From Octopus vulgaris (Eukaryota): DNA of 64,000 nt. A program made the position numbers and the translations under genes. Location: the NCBI GenBank assembly GCA_951406725.2, contig OX597824.1:86490001-86554000 (forward strand), given 5' to 3'. This document shows positions 54,000-64,000 of the stretch, piece by piece. The notes below the pieces were generated by a model, which worked only from the letters and a program-made list of their open reading frames with translations, ran no database searches and had not been told where the DNA came from. How positions within the stretch are numbered: the first letter of the stretch is position 1; each line of letters begins with the position of its first letter.

Positions 54000-55839
54000 T
54001 AGTTCTCAGGAAGATTCAGTATGACAGAGAATGTAATAGGGCTGGCCCTTTGAAATACAGGTACTACTCATTTATGTTTAGTGAGTCAACTGAAGCAATA
54101 TGAAATAAAGTGTCTTGCTCAAGGACATGGTGCGCTGCTGAGAATCAAACTCACAACCTAACAATCGTGAACTGAATGCCCTAACCACTAAGCTATGTGC
54201 TTTCACTTTCCATTGATAAAGTAGATATCAAAATGTCCAGAATGTTTGTTGTTCAAATAGACCAGGATATTATTTCCCTGCTTGGAAACAAGTTGGGGAG
54301 GAGGTCATGTCAGGAAGGGCAGCATCCAGTCAGAAAACTCTGCCCCATGCAGGCAGCCATTTGATTCTATAATACTTGGAATCATTTGTCCTCATCCCTC
54401 ACTTGTTTATTACCGACCCTCTAATTTATATTTCATGAAAAGAAATGAGGTTTCAAATATATCTTTAAAATAGGAAACGAAATCTTTGTTAAATACTCCC
54501 TCTCTCTACCGAATGTGTGGTGCTTTTTCTGTGGCACCGGCACTTCCCAAATATAAGAATGAATCTTTATTATCTGTTTATTAACATATAGGCGCAGGAG
54601 TGGCTGTGTGGTAAGTACCTTGCTAACCAACCACATGGTTCCAGGTTCAGTCCCACTGCGTGGCACCTTGGGCAAGTGTCTTCTACTATAGCCTCGGGCC
54701 GACCAAAACCTTGTGAGTGGATTTGGTAGACGGAAACTGAAAGAAGCCCATCGTATATATGTATATTTGTGTGTGCATGTATGTTTGTGTTTGTCCCCCA
54801 ACATCGCTTGACAACCAATGCTGGTGTGTTTACGTCCCCGTCACTTAGCGGTTCGGCAAAAGAGACCGATAGAATAAGTACTGGGCTTACGAAGAATAAG
54901 TCCTGGGGGTCAACTAAAGGCGGTGCTCCAGCATGGCCACAGTCAAATGACTGAAACAAGTAAAAGAGTAAAGAGAGTATATACAACAGGCTTCTTTCAG
55001 TTTCCGTCTGCCAAATCCACTCACAAGGCTTTGGTTGGCCCAAGGTTATAATAGAAGACACCTACCCAAAGGTGCCACACAGGCTATAGTGAAGGCACTT
55101 GCATAAGCTACTGCACAGCGGGACTGAACCTGAAACCACATGGTTGGGAAGTGAACTTCTAAACCACACAATCATGCCTGCACCTATATAATTTTTTTCA
55201 AAACACTCACTTTTTCACAAAGGAAGGAGTGTCTTGAAATGGGGTTAGGTTGGCTTCTTACGTCATTTGAGGGGTTCAGTTTATTTGTAAAAGACACTTG
55301 AACAGGAAATTCTAGTGAGGTGCAGTCTTATTAAGTGTTGGTGTAAATGTGAGATATAAGATTGTTTGTTTACATTACATTCTTCTCTTTGTCTATTTAT
55401 TAATATGTAATTCAAAAATTCCCAAAATATGAACATTCCCATTTGTATTACTATCTATGCCAAAATTATTTTGCAGCATGGAAGTGTGTATGTCTTGCAA
55501 ACAACTTGCACATGCAAGTGCTACCAGTTAAAAGCTCCGTATACCGGAAGCTAGCAAGTGTATGGGGTCATCAGGAGAGAATGCGCGCCGTTTCGGGGCC
55601 TACCTCTCGACAGCATCAATGCGCACCAGCCCCACTTACTAATATGAGGCCCCGCTTGCTAGATCAGCTGGTTATGAAGAACTCAATATACTTCTAGCCA
55701 CTGCTCATCGTCTCTTTTTAACCAAATCCAGTGGCTAGCCTTCTCCACTGTAGATTGGATATCAGTCATGGTGGTATTGACTTTACAATGAGTTAAGCCT
55801 ATCAATAACAACAGTCGTCTCACGCTGTGTCCAACAAAC

Positions 55840-56180
55840 CCTCTACATTTAAAAACATAAAAACCATTAGATTCTCTTCAACATTTAAATTTAATTTGTC
55901 AAAATATTTTCATCGCTTTGAAGCTGCAACCTGTTCACTGGCAAAATTCCTGCATGGCACCTTGGGCAGGTGTCTTTTATTACAACCTCAGGCCAAACAA
56001 AATTTATCATTGAACACGTCGCTGTTTCAAAGCTTTGACAAATTAAATTTAAATGTTGAAGTGAATCTAACGGTTTTTGTGTGTTTTTAAATGGCTTATA
56101 AACACCTTCCACACTGCAATTGTTTTTGTTTCAGCACACAATCTCAGATCAAGTCACTTGCTATGCAAGTACATCTCCGT
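55840..56180. mobile_element. Inverted pseudo-LTR-like repeat pair (second Penelope-like family)
   Basis: 55850-55950 is inverted against 56000-56090; it shares sequence with 46998-47145 and carries the G3:C8 hammerhead-like motif. Confidence 0.55.
55896..55944 (-). ncRNA. Hammerhead-like motif with G3:C8 variant core
   Basis: The - strand reads TTGCCA-GTGAACA-G-GTTGC-agcttcaaa-GCGAT-GAAA-ATAT-T-T-TGACAA, the same architecture as the U3:A8 motifs. Confidence 0.5.
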
Positions 56181-57837
56181 AAAATTATTATGCCCAAGTA
56201 CAATTCAATTTAAATATATACAACATAGAGATAACCAATCCGATAGTTCAATATCTTCTAATTGAACATTGGATCAGTTCTTAGGTAAGTTTATCTCTAT
56301 GTTGTATATTTTAATTTTTTGTAAAGGTGTTCCAAACTCTTTTATTCTTTTACTTGTTTCAGTCATTTTGACTGCGGCCATGCTGGAGCACCGCCTTTAG
56401 TTGAACAAATCGACCCTGGGACTTATTCTTTGTAAGCCCAGTACTTATTCTATCGGTCTCTTTTACCGAACCGCTAAGTGACGGCGACGTAAACACACCA
56501 GCATCGGTTGTCAAGCAATGTTAGGGGGACAAACACAGACGCACAAACATACACACGCACATATATATATATACATACATATATACGACGGGCTTCTTTC
56601 AGTTTCCGTCTACCAAATCCACTCACAAGGCTTTGGTCGGCCCGAGGCTATAGTAGAAGACAGTTGCCCAAGATGCCACGCAGTGGGACTGAACCCGGAA
56701 CCATGTGGTTGGTAAACAAGCTACTTACCACATGACAGACTTCCTTCAGTTTCCATCTACTAAATCCACTCACAAGGCTTTGGTCAACCCGAGGCTATAG
56801 TAGAAGACACTTGCCCAAAGTGCCACGTAGTGGGACTGAACCCGGATCCATGTGGTTTGTAAGCAAGCTACTTACCATACAGTCACTCCTGCTAATTTTT
56901 CTAACTGGACCAGGTTCCAGTCTGATTTAGCATGGTTTCTATGGCTGGATGTCAGTCCTAAAGCCAACCACTCCACAAGGTGTACTAGGTGCCATTTGTG
57001 TCACTGGCACAGGTGCGTTTTATATATCACCATCAATTTGTGTTGTTTTTTTATAATTTGCATTGGGCATCCAGCTGTAGAAACTCTACCAGATCAGATT
57101 GGAGCCTGGCACAGCCATCTGGTTCGCCAGTCCTCAGTCAAATCCAGTCTGATCTGGCAGTGTTTCTACAGCTGGATGCCCTTCCTAACGCCAACCACTC
57201 CGTGAGTGTAATGGGTGCTTTTTACCTGCCACTGGCACATCAGCTTAATAATGACAAAATTATTTTAATAAATTCTGCAGTATATTCTGCGCAATGGCCT
57301 AGTGGTTAGGGCAGCGGACTTGCGGTCGGAGGATCGCGGTTTCGATTCCCAGACCGGGCGTTGTGTGTGTTTATTGAGCGAAAAAAACACCTAAAAGCTC
57401 CACGAGGCTCCGGCAGGAGGTGGTGATCCCTGCTGTACTCTTTCACCACTCTAAAGGCGGTGCTCCAGCATGGCCGCAGTCAAATGACTGAAACAAGTAC
57501 ACAAAAAAAAAAAAAAAAAATATTCAAAATTAATTGAAATGAAACCAGTGTACTTCAGCAGAAATTTGGTAACAAAACAGTTAAGAGGGTCTTGTACAAT
57601 TATTCACGTTCTGCAATTTTTGATTTCTGTTATTTTTCTTTTACCTTTAACTAGATCTTCCTGATAGTTTTCCAATTGCTCTTCAAGGAATTAACAGGTT
57701 TCTCTTTTGCAATTCTTTTTGAACCTGTAAGGAGTATAATGAATACATCAATTTTTGCATATGGTCTGTAAGATTCTTGATGTGAACTTGGGCATCAAAA
57801 CATTTTATTGTATCTCAGGAGGTTCATCATGTCATTA

Positions 57838-57911
<74 letters not shown>

Positions 57912-58729
57912 GGAGGTGAGCTGGCAGAGTCGTTAGCACACTGGACGAAATGCTTAGCAGTATTTCGTCTGTCTTTACGTTCTGAGTTCAAATTCCGCCG
58001 AGGTCGACTTTGCCTTTCATCCTTTCGGGGTCGATTAAACAAGTACCAGTTACACACTGGGGTAGATATAATCGACTTAATCCGGTTGTCTGTCCTTGTT
58101 TGTCCCCGCTGTGTTTAGCTCCTTGTGGGTAGTAAAGAAATAGGTATTTTGACTGCTGCTACAGTCTGAGTTCAAATTCCGCCGAGGTCGACTTTGCCTT
58201 TCATCCTTTCAAGGTCAGTAAATTAAGTACCAGTAAAACACTGGGTCGATATAATTGACTTGTGCTCTCCCCAACAATTTCAGGTCTTGTGCCTATATTA
58301 AAAAGGATTAACACAAATACACACTCGTTCTATTTCACTTCTTTATTTTATCATTAGTTAATTAATTAATCAGTTGTTTGATTAATTGTTCAGTCAGTCA
58401 ATCAATCAGCCAGATTGATCAAAATCTTTTATCACTCACAATCTCATCAATGACAGGCCCTCTTTATTCCAGCTCTGCTTTAGTTGATGAAATGACTTTT
58501 ACAAACTTAAGTTGATTGATTGACCAAACAATTACTGTAAATCCTTGAGTATAGTTCGGAGATACAAATATTACAAGTACCAGTTACGCACTGGGATTGA
58601 TGTCATCGACTTAATCCGTTTGTCTGTCCTTGTTTAGCCCCTTGTGGGCAAAAAAAACTAGCCCCAAAACCTTAATTATTATCTTACAAATACCTTTTTT
58701 TTTTTTTTTTTATTTTTCAGAATAGAACA

Positions 58730-58951
58730 ATGACCACAATTGCTAAAAGCTTTTTTGAGCTTTCAGCCAAAACTCTGAAAGGAGAACATATTGACTTCAG
58801 TCGCTTCATGGGTAAAGTTATCCTGGTTGAAAATGTAGCCTCACTATGAGGCACGACGACACGGGATTACGTGCAGATGAACAAGCTGGTCTCTCAATTT
58901 GCTGATAAGCTTGTTGTTCTGGGATTTCCATGTAATCAATTCGGATTTCAG
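58730..58951 (+). CDS. GPX: Selenoprotein glutathione peroxidase (GPx1/GPx2-like), main coding exon A, containing the Sec codon TGA at 58847-58849
   Basis: Acceptor (T)n-cag ends at 58720. Translation from ATG 58730: MTTIAKSFFELSAKTLKGEHIDFSRFMGKVILVENVASL-U(TGA)-GTTTRDYVQMNKLVSQFADKLVVLGFPCNQFGFQ. It contains the GPx motifs NVASLUGTT and LGFPCNQF. Phase-0 donor CAG|GTTTGT at 58951/58952. Confidence 0.96.
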
Positions 58952-59849
58952 GTTTGTAAAGAAACCCTTGCTGTTGCTAACCCTTATTTGATTTCCAAAA
59001 GATGTCTTGTTCTACATGTTTTCAAAGGTTCAATACCAACAGATAATTTTGTTGAGTAAGGAAATGACAGCTATATACGTATGTGTACTTGAACTCACAT
59101 ATGTGTGAGTATATGTATGTGTGTGTATAGATGTAAGAGGTGCATGGCTTAGTGGTTAGGGTGCTGGATTTGTGATTGTAGGATTCATCATCATCATCGC
59201 TTAACGTCCGTTTTCCATGCTAGCATGGTTGGACGGTTCAACCAGGGTCTTGGAAGCCAGAAGGCTGCACCAGTCTGATCTGGCAGTGTTTCTACAGCTG
59301 GATGCCCTTCCTAATGCCAACCACTCCATGAGTGCAGTGGGTGCTTTTTACGTGCTACCGGCACAGATGCCAGGCGAGGCTGGCAAAAGGCCATTATCGG
59401 TTGGCGCTTTTTTCATCCTTTCGGTGTCGATAAAGTACCAGTTACGCACTGGGGTCGATGTCATCGACTTAATCCGTTTGTCTGTCCTTGTTTGTCCCCT
59501 CTATGTTTAGCCCCTTGTGGGTAGTAAAGAAATAGGTTGTGTAGTAAGAAGTTTGATTCCCGACCACATGGCTCTGGGTTCAATCCCACCACATGGCACC
59601 TTGGGCAAGTGTCTTCTACTATAGCTTCAGGCCAACCAAAGCCTTGTGAGTGGATTTGGTAGACAGAAACATGTGTTAGTTGTTTTACCCATGACTGCCT
59701 AGAAGGAGTCCTGGGGCCAATTTGTTTGAGTAAAACTCTTCAAGGCTGTGCTCCAGCATGGCCAGAATTGAATGAATGAAGCAAAAAAGAATAAAAGAAT
59801 ACGACTTTGTATGTTTTTTTTTTTTTTATATTCTCCTTGTTTCTCATAG

Positions 59850-60200
59850 GAAAATGGAAATGGCGAAGAAATATTGCTGTCCCTTCAAAATGTCCGTCCA
59901 GGAAATGGTTTCAAGCCCGATTTTACAATCATGGAGAAAGTGGAAGTCAACGGAGAAAACGCTCATGCTGTGTTCCAGTTCTTGAAAAGCCAACTACCTT
60001 ACCCAAGTGACGATTCTACCAGTTTTATGAAAAGCCCTTCCAGTATTAACTGGGCTCCGGTGAAACGAAATGACATCTCTTGGAATTTTGAGAAGTTTCT
60101 TGTAGCACCCGACGGTAAACCATTTCTTCGATACAGTAAATCCTTCCAAACAATAGAAATCCAAAAAGATATAAAATCCCTAATTGAGAAGTTCTCTTAG
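59850..60200 (+). CDS. GPX: Glutathione peroxidase, terminal coding exon
   Basis: Acceptor ttctcatag ends at 59849, phase 0. Translation ENGNGEEILLSLQNVRPGNGFKPDF...KVEVNGENAH...WAPVKRNDISWNFEKFLVAPDGKP...KFS*. It has the WNFEKFL motif and the tetramer-type insertion of GPx1/2. Spliced CDS is 74+116 = 190 aa. Confidence 0.96.
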   Translation, partial: ENGNGEEILLSLQNVRPGNGFKPDFTIMEKVEVNGENAHAVFQFLKSQLPYPSDDSTSFMKSPSSINWAPVKRNDISWNFEKFLVAPDGKPFLRYSKSFQTIEIQKDIKSLIEKFS

Positions 60201-60365
60201 GATGGGGCCAAGGATCTGGTCTTAAAATGTTTTAGTGTAGCTTAGTTTAGTTTCACACAAAAATTCTTTAGTTTCAATTCTCTGCCATTTATGTGGAAGG
60301 GTAAAAAATAATGACTTATTCCATAAAGACTGATGTTATGAAATTTCTTCCTTCAAAACTGAATT

Positions 60366-60429
60366 AAGTGAACATGACATGGTAACAATAAAGTTAAAAA
60401 CTTGTTATCGTAGATTTTTATTCTCACTT
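60366..60429 (+). promoter_or_regulatory. SECIS element (form 2) in the GPx 3' UTR
   Basis: AUGA at 60374-77; helix II AUGGUAACAA (60379-88) / UUGUUAUCGU (60402-11) fully paired including G:U; unpaired AAA at 60390-92; mini-helix GUU/AAC; 3' AGAU at 60412-15; helix I AAGUGA (60366-71) / UCACUU (60424-29). Confidence 0.9.
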
Positions 60430-60477
60430 TGATAAAGTTTTTCTAGTAAATCATTTCATATAAATCCTTCTTTTTGT

Positions 60478-60483
60478 AATAAA
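60478..60483 (+). terminator. Poly(A) signal AATAAA of GPx (distal)
   Basis: Canonical hexamer downstream of the SECIS, followed by a GU/U-rich tract at about 60503-60525. Confidence 0.65.
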
Positions 60484-60696
60484 AATGCCTATTTCATCAG
60501 CATGTTCTTTTGTTTGTTTGTTATTTGACTGCGGCCATGCTGGGAGCAATGCTTTTAGTCAAACAAATTGACCCCAGGAGTTATTCTTTGTAAACCTAGT
60601 ACTTATTCTATCAGTCTTTTCTGCCGAACTGCTAAGTTATGGGGACATAAACACACCAACATCGGTTGTCAAGTGATGGTGGGGAGACAATCACAG

Positions 60697-60730
<34 letters not shown>

Positions 60731-61174
60731 GACGAGCTTCATTCAGTTTCCATCTACCAAATCCACTCACAAGGCTTTGGTTGGCCCGAGGCTATAGTAG
60801 AGGACAGTTGCCTAAGGTGCCAAACAGTGAGACTGAACCCCAAACCATGTGGTTGGTAAGCAAGCTACTTACCACACAGTCACTCCTGTGCATATTGTTC
60901 TAATTTTTATAAAATGTTTGTATTTTCATGAGTGTTTTCAAATTTTGGGTCTGTGGCCGACCGAATGAAATTGTTGTTGACTCTCTTGGTATGCTTTTGG
61001 TATGGAGAAAGCATGTTGATTGCCAGGTAATTACTCTAGTTAATTACGCTGCCAAGATGTTAATTTTTTTATGTTCCATAATTAATTGCACTAGCAGAGA
61101 GACTGCCCTCCGAGTGATTTTCCGCTAGCTACTTGATAATATTTCCATGTTTGATTCCCATAATCAAATTCGAT

Positions 61175-61703
61175 GACTGGCATCCGTGCTAGCGGGGTGC
61201 AAAGAGCACCATACGAGTGTGATCATTGACAGAGCGGCTAACTGGCTTCCGTGCCAGTGGCACTTGAAAGGTACCATTCGAGCGTGATTGTTACCAGCGT
61301 CACCATACTGCCACTCGAGCCCCATGCTAGTAGGGTATTAAGAGCACCATCCGAGCGTGATCGTTGCCAGAGTGGCTATCTGGCCTCCGTGCTGGTGGCA
61401 CGTAAAAAACATCATTCAAGCGTGATCATTACCAGCATTGCCTTACTAGCACCTGTGCCGGTGGCATGTGTAAAAGATTCGAGCAAGGTCATTGCCAGTG
61501 CCACCTGAATGACTCCATGCTGGTGGCACGTAAAAGCACCCACTACACTCTCACAGTGGTTGGCGTTAGGAAGGGCATCCAGCTGTAGAAACTCTGCCGG
61601 GTCAAGATTGGAGCCTGGTGCAGCCATCTGGTTCGCCAGCCCTCAGTCATATGTCCAACCCATGCTAGCATGGAAAGCGGACGTTAAACGATGATGATGA
61701 TGA
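61175..61703 (+). mobile_element. Retroposon-like repeat (family G) with internal subrepeats and a (GAT)n tail
   Basis: GGTTGGCGTTAGGAAGGGCATCCAGCTGTAGAAAC..GCATGGAAAGCGGACGTTAAACGATGATGAT. Related copies at about 51280-51490, 53040-53210(-), 56900-57240 and 59185-59400(-). Confidence 0.7.
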
Positions 61704-62206
61704 TATTTTACGTTTAATTATCTCTTTGTATAACAGTGCTCACTTGCTTAGAAAATATTGCTTTATTTTATCTCTCACAAAAGAGTCAATCTGTTACATA
61801 TATTTATTATTAATAATTGGTAGAACTTGGATGGATGGATGGATGGATGGACACACTGACACACAAAAGTCTAGTGCTGTGAGACCACATGGGAATGATG
61901 TTTCCTTACTTTTTCAACTATACCCAAATTTAAAATGATCTAATATAACGATATCATTCATTCGGTATGTATCGAAATACACCAAAACAATTTAATTCCA
62001 GTTTAATGATATGAGCTACAGCAAATATTCTGCTCAATAGCACAAGTTTGCTTGTCAGATGTTTGACCTTAACAAGTTGAGCATGTCCCTTAGTGGCTGA
62101 CGATATATGCATCTCTGATCACAAGCTTTCTTGACACAACACACTGGTTGTAAACATCAATCATTTCCAGTCTTCCATGACAAACATTTCTGACCATGGG
62201 GAGGTA

Positions 62207-62770
62207 TTGGGTTGCCCGGAAAGTTTGTGCCGATTTATAGTAGCTTACCTTTCGACTTATTTTAGCACATGGTTGAGTCCATAAATCAGGATTTGACTAC
62301 ACCTCCACTTAGAGCACAGTTTGAGCTATCTTTTTGTGGAAGAAGGTTTACGTTCCTATAACCTGTGTTAATTCTGTAACCCTTTAAAATGGAAGATAAG
62401 AAAGTTCATTTTCGGCACTTGATGCTTTGGGAACCAGACAAAAATTGCTGCAGCTCGGCTGGGATGTGTTACCCCACCCTCCATATTCACCAGATATTGC
62501 TCCTTTGGATTTCCACTTATTCAGGTCTCTATAGAATAGTCTTAATGGTAAAAATTTCAATTCCTTGGATGACGTAAAAAGATACCTTGATGAATTCTTT
62601 GCCATGAAACCACCTCAATTCTGGGAAGATGGTATTTAAGTTAAAGGAAAGATGGAGACACATTGTGCAACAAAATGGTTCATATTTAGTTGATTAAAAA
62701 TGTAATGGCAAGTATTTATTGACCTTTTTCTTTCCTTTAAAAATCGGCACAAACTTTCCGGACAACCCAA
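62207..62770 (+). mobile_element. Internally deleted mariner with intact TIRs
   Basis: TA-TTGGGTTGCCCGGAAAGTTTGTGCCGATTT / AAATCGGCACAAACTTTCCGGACAACCCAA-TA; remnant [18 protein letters not shown]. Confidence 0.9.
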
Positions 62771-62938
62771 TATTTCCTTGCTTGGAAACAGGTTAGAGTT
62801 TGCTACAGGAAGGGCATCTGGCCATAGAAAATCTATCTCAACAAATGTGTCTGACCCATGCAAGCATGAAAAAGTGAGCATTAACTGATGATCCTCAGAA
62901 TAAAGAGCTACATACATATTCACATGCCAAAATATACT

Positions 62939-63229
62939 ATGTGGATCCACATAGCCTAGTGGTTAGCGCAGCGGACTCAGTCAAGGGATTGCAGGTTCGA
63001 ATCCCATACCGGGTGATGTGTGTGCTTATGAGCAAAACACCTAAGCTCCATGCGGCTCTGGCAGAAGGTAAAGGTGAACTTCTGACTCTTTCGCCACAAC
63101 TTTCTCTCACTCTTTCCTCCTGCATCTTGCAGCTCACCTGTGACGAACTGGCGTCCCATCCAGGTGGGGAACCTATACGCCAAGGAAACCGGCCCTTATG
63201 AGCCAGGCATGGCTCGAGAAGGAACAACA
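62939..63229 (+). mobile_element. SINE family C' monomer
   Basis: TSD CAAAATATACT at 62928-38 and 63230-40; same body as the 50108 dimer. Confidence 0.85.
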
Positions 63230-63499
63230 CAAAATATACTTAAAAAAAGAGAAGTAATTACATTAAATTAAATTTCTCAGTTATTTTCTGTTTTATTGGA
63301 AAATCCTATTTTATAAAGGAAAAAAATATTTGTTTCTTTAAATTCAGAGGAAAAATAAATGACTTTAAAACATGCTTATTTTTTGAGGAACTTCTTTACA
63401 AAAGACACCTTCAATTTATTTTTTAAACAGCTAAAAAAATATATATATATATATATCTAAATCATTTCTTAAATTTAATTAGTATTTTCATAAATCTTT

Positions 63500-63620
63500 T
63501 TAAATTTTGTATATCTCATCTTCTTCTTTTGAGCCATCAAGAACAATATATTCTCGGTTCTCGTAAGTCCAGAAGTCATTAAGATCTATAAGAATGCTCA
63601 ACACAGTGTCTCCCTTGCCA
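63500..63620 (-). CDS. Probable terminal coding exon of an unidentified gene entering from the right, convergent with GPx
   Basis: Acceptor ttgttttctgtttatttcag; open frame GKGDTVLSILIDLNDFWTYENREYIVLDGSKEEDEIYKI*; non-repetitive; followed by an AT-rich 3' region with AATAAA on the - strand near 63420 and 63297. Confidence 0.55.
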
Positions 63621-64000
63621 CTGAAATAAACAGAAAACAACAATATAAACGTTTTTGTATTGAGAGAGAGAAGGAAACAAAATGACAAGCAGTGTGTGTG
63701 TGTGTGCTTAAAGGGAGAGAATCGTTTCAAAATTTTTTTTTCCGTTTTCCCTTTTACTTGTTTCAGTCTTTAGAGCATGGCCATGCTGGAGCACCACCTT
63801 GAATGATCTTTTTTTAGTTGACTGAATCAACTCCAGTATTAATTTGTTTTTCTAAAACCTGATAGGCGCAGCTGTGTGGTAAGTAGCTTGCTAACCAACC
63901 ACATGGTTCTGGATTCAGTCCCACTGCGTGGCATCTTGGGCAAGTGTCTTCTACTATAGCCTCGGGCCGACCAAAGCCTTGTGAGTGGATTTGGTAGACG

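Noticed and set aside
55585-55622. Hammerhead-like CTGTCGA..GAAAC on the - strand
   Set aside because: Core mismatch at A6, imperfect stem II and no NUH triplet.
58847-58849. Premature stop making GPx a pseudogene
   Set aside because: The TGA falls exactly at the catalytic Sec position and a SECIS is present.
60288-60378. Alternative SECIS candidates starting at ATGA 60311 and 60338
   Set aside because: Helix II pairing is poor or the 3' GA is misplaced; the 60374 candidate fits fully.

Overview
AT-rich, repeat-dominated eukaryotic genomic DNA. The SINE repertoire resembles that of an octopod cephalopod (inference from recalled families, no search run). Host genes: (1) a + strand selenoprotein glutathione peroxidase (GPx1/2 type, 190 aa) with an in-frame TGA/Sec at 58847-58849, a well-formed form-2 SECIS at 60366-60429 that contains an AATAAA, and a candidate in-frame first exon and promoter at about 47.3-47.6 kb; (2) a - strand three-exon PMP22/claudin-family tetraspan (29272 to 23166) with a splice-phase conflict between exons 1 and 2; (3) a probable terminal exon of an unidentified - strand gene at 63500-63620. 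The rest is mobile DNA: tRNA-derived SINE families (some as head-to-tail multimers), R4/Dong LINEs in (TAA)n tracts, RTE LINEs, Penelope-like remnants, a Buster-type hAT with nested insertions, mariners, Merlin-like and pogo-like MITEs, a Helitron-like element, a solo LTR, a 119-bp satellite and a 2.6-kb (TACA)n tract. The most notable non-coding signal is a set of minimal hammerhead-ribozyme motifs showing three Watson-Crick variants of the catalytic 3:8 pair (C:G, U:A, G:C). Most ORFs in the supplied track are artefacts of repeats. Repeat boundaries are approximate unless TIRs or TSDs are cited.
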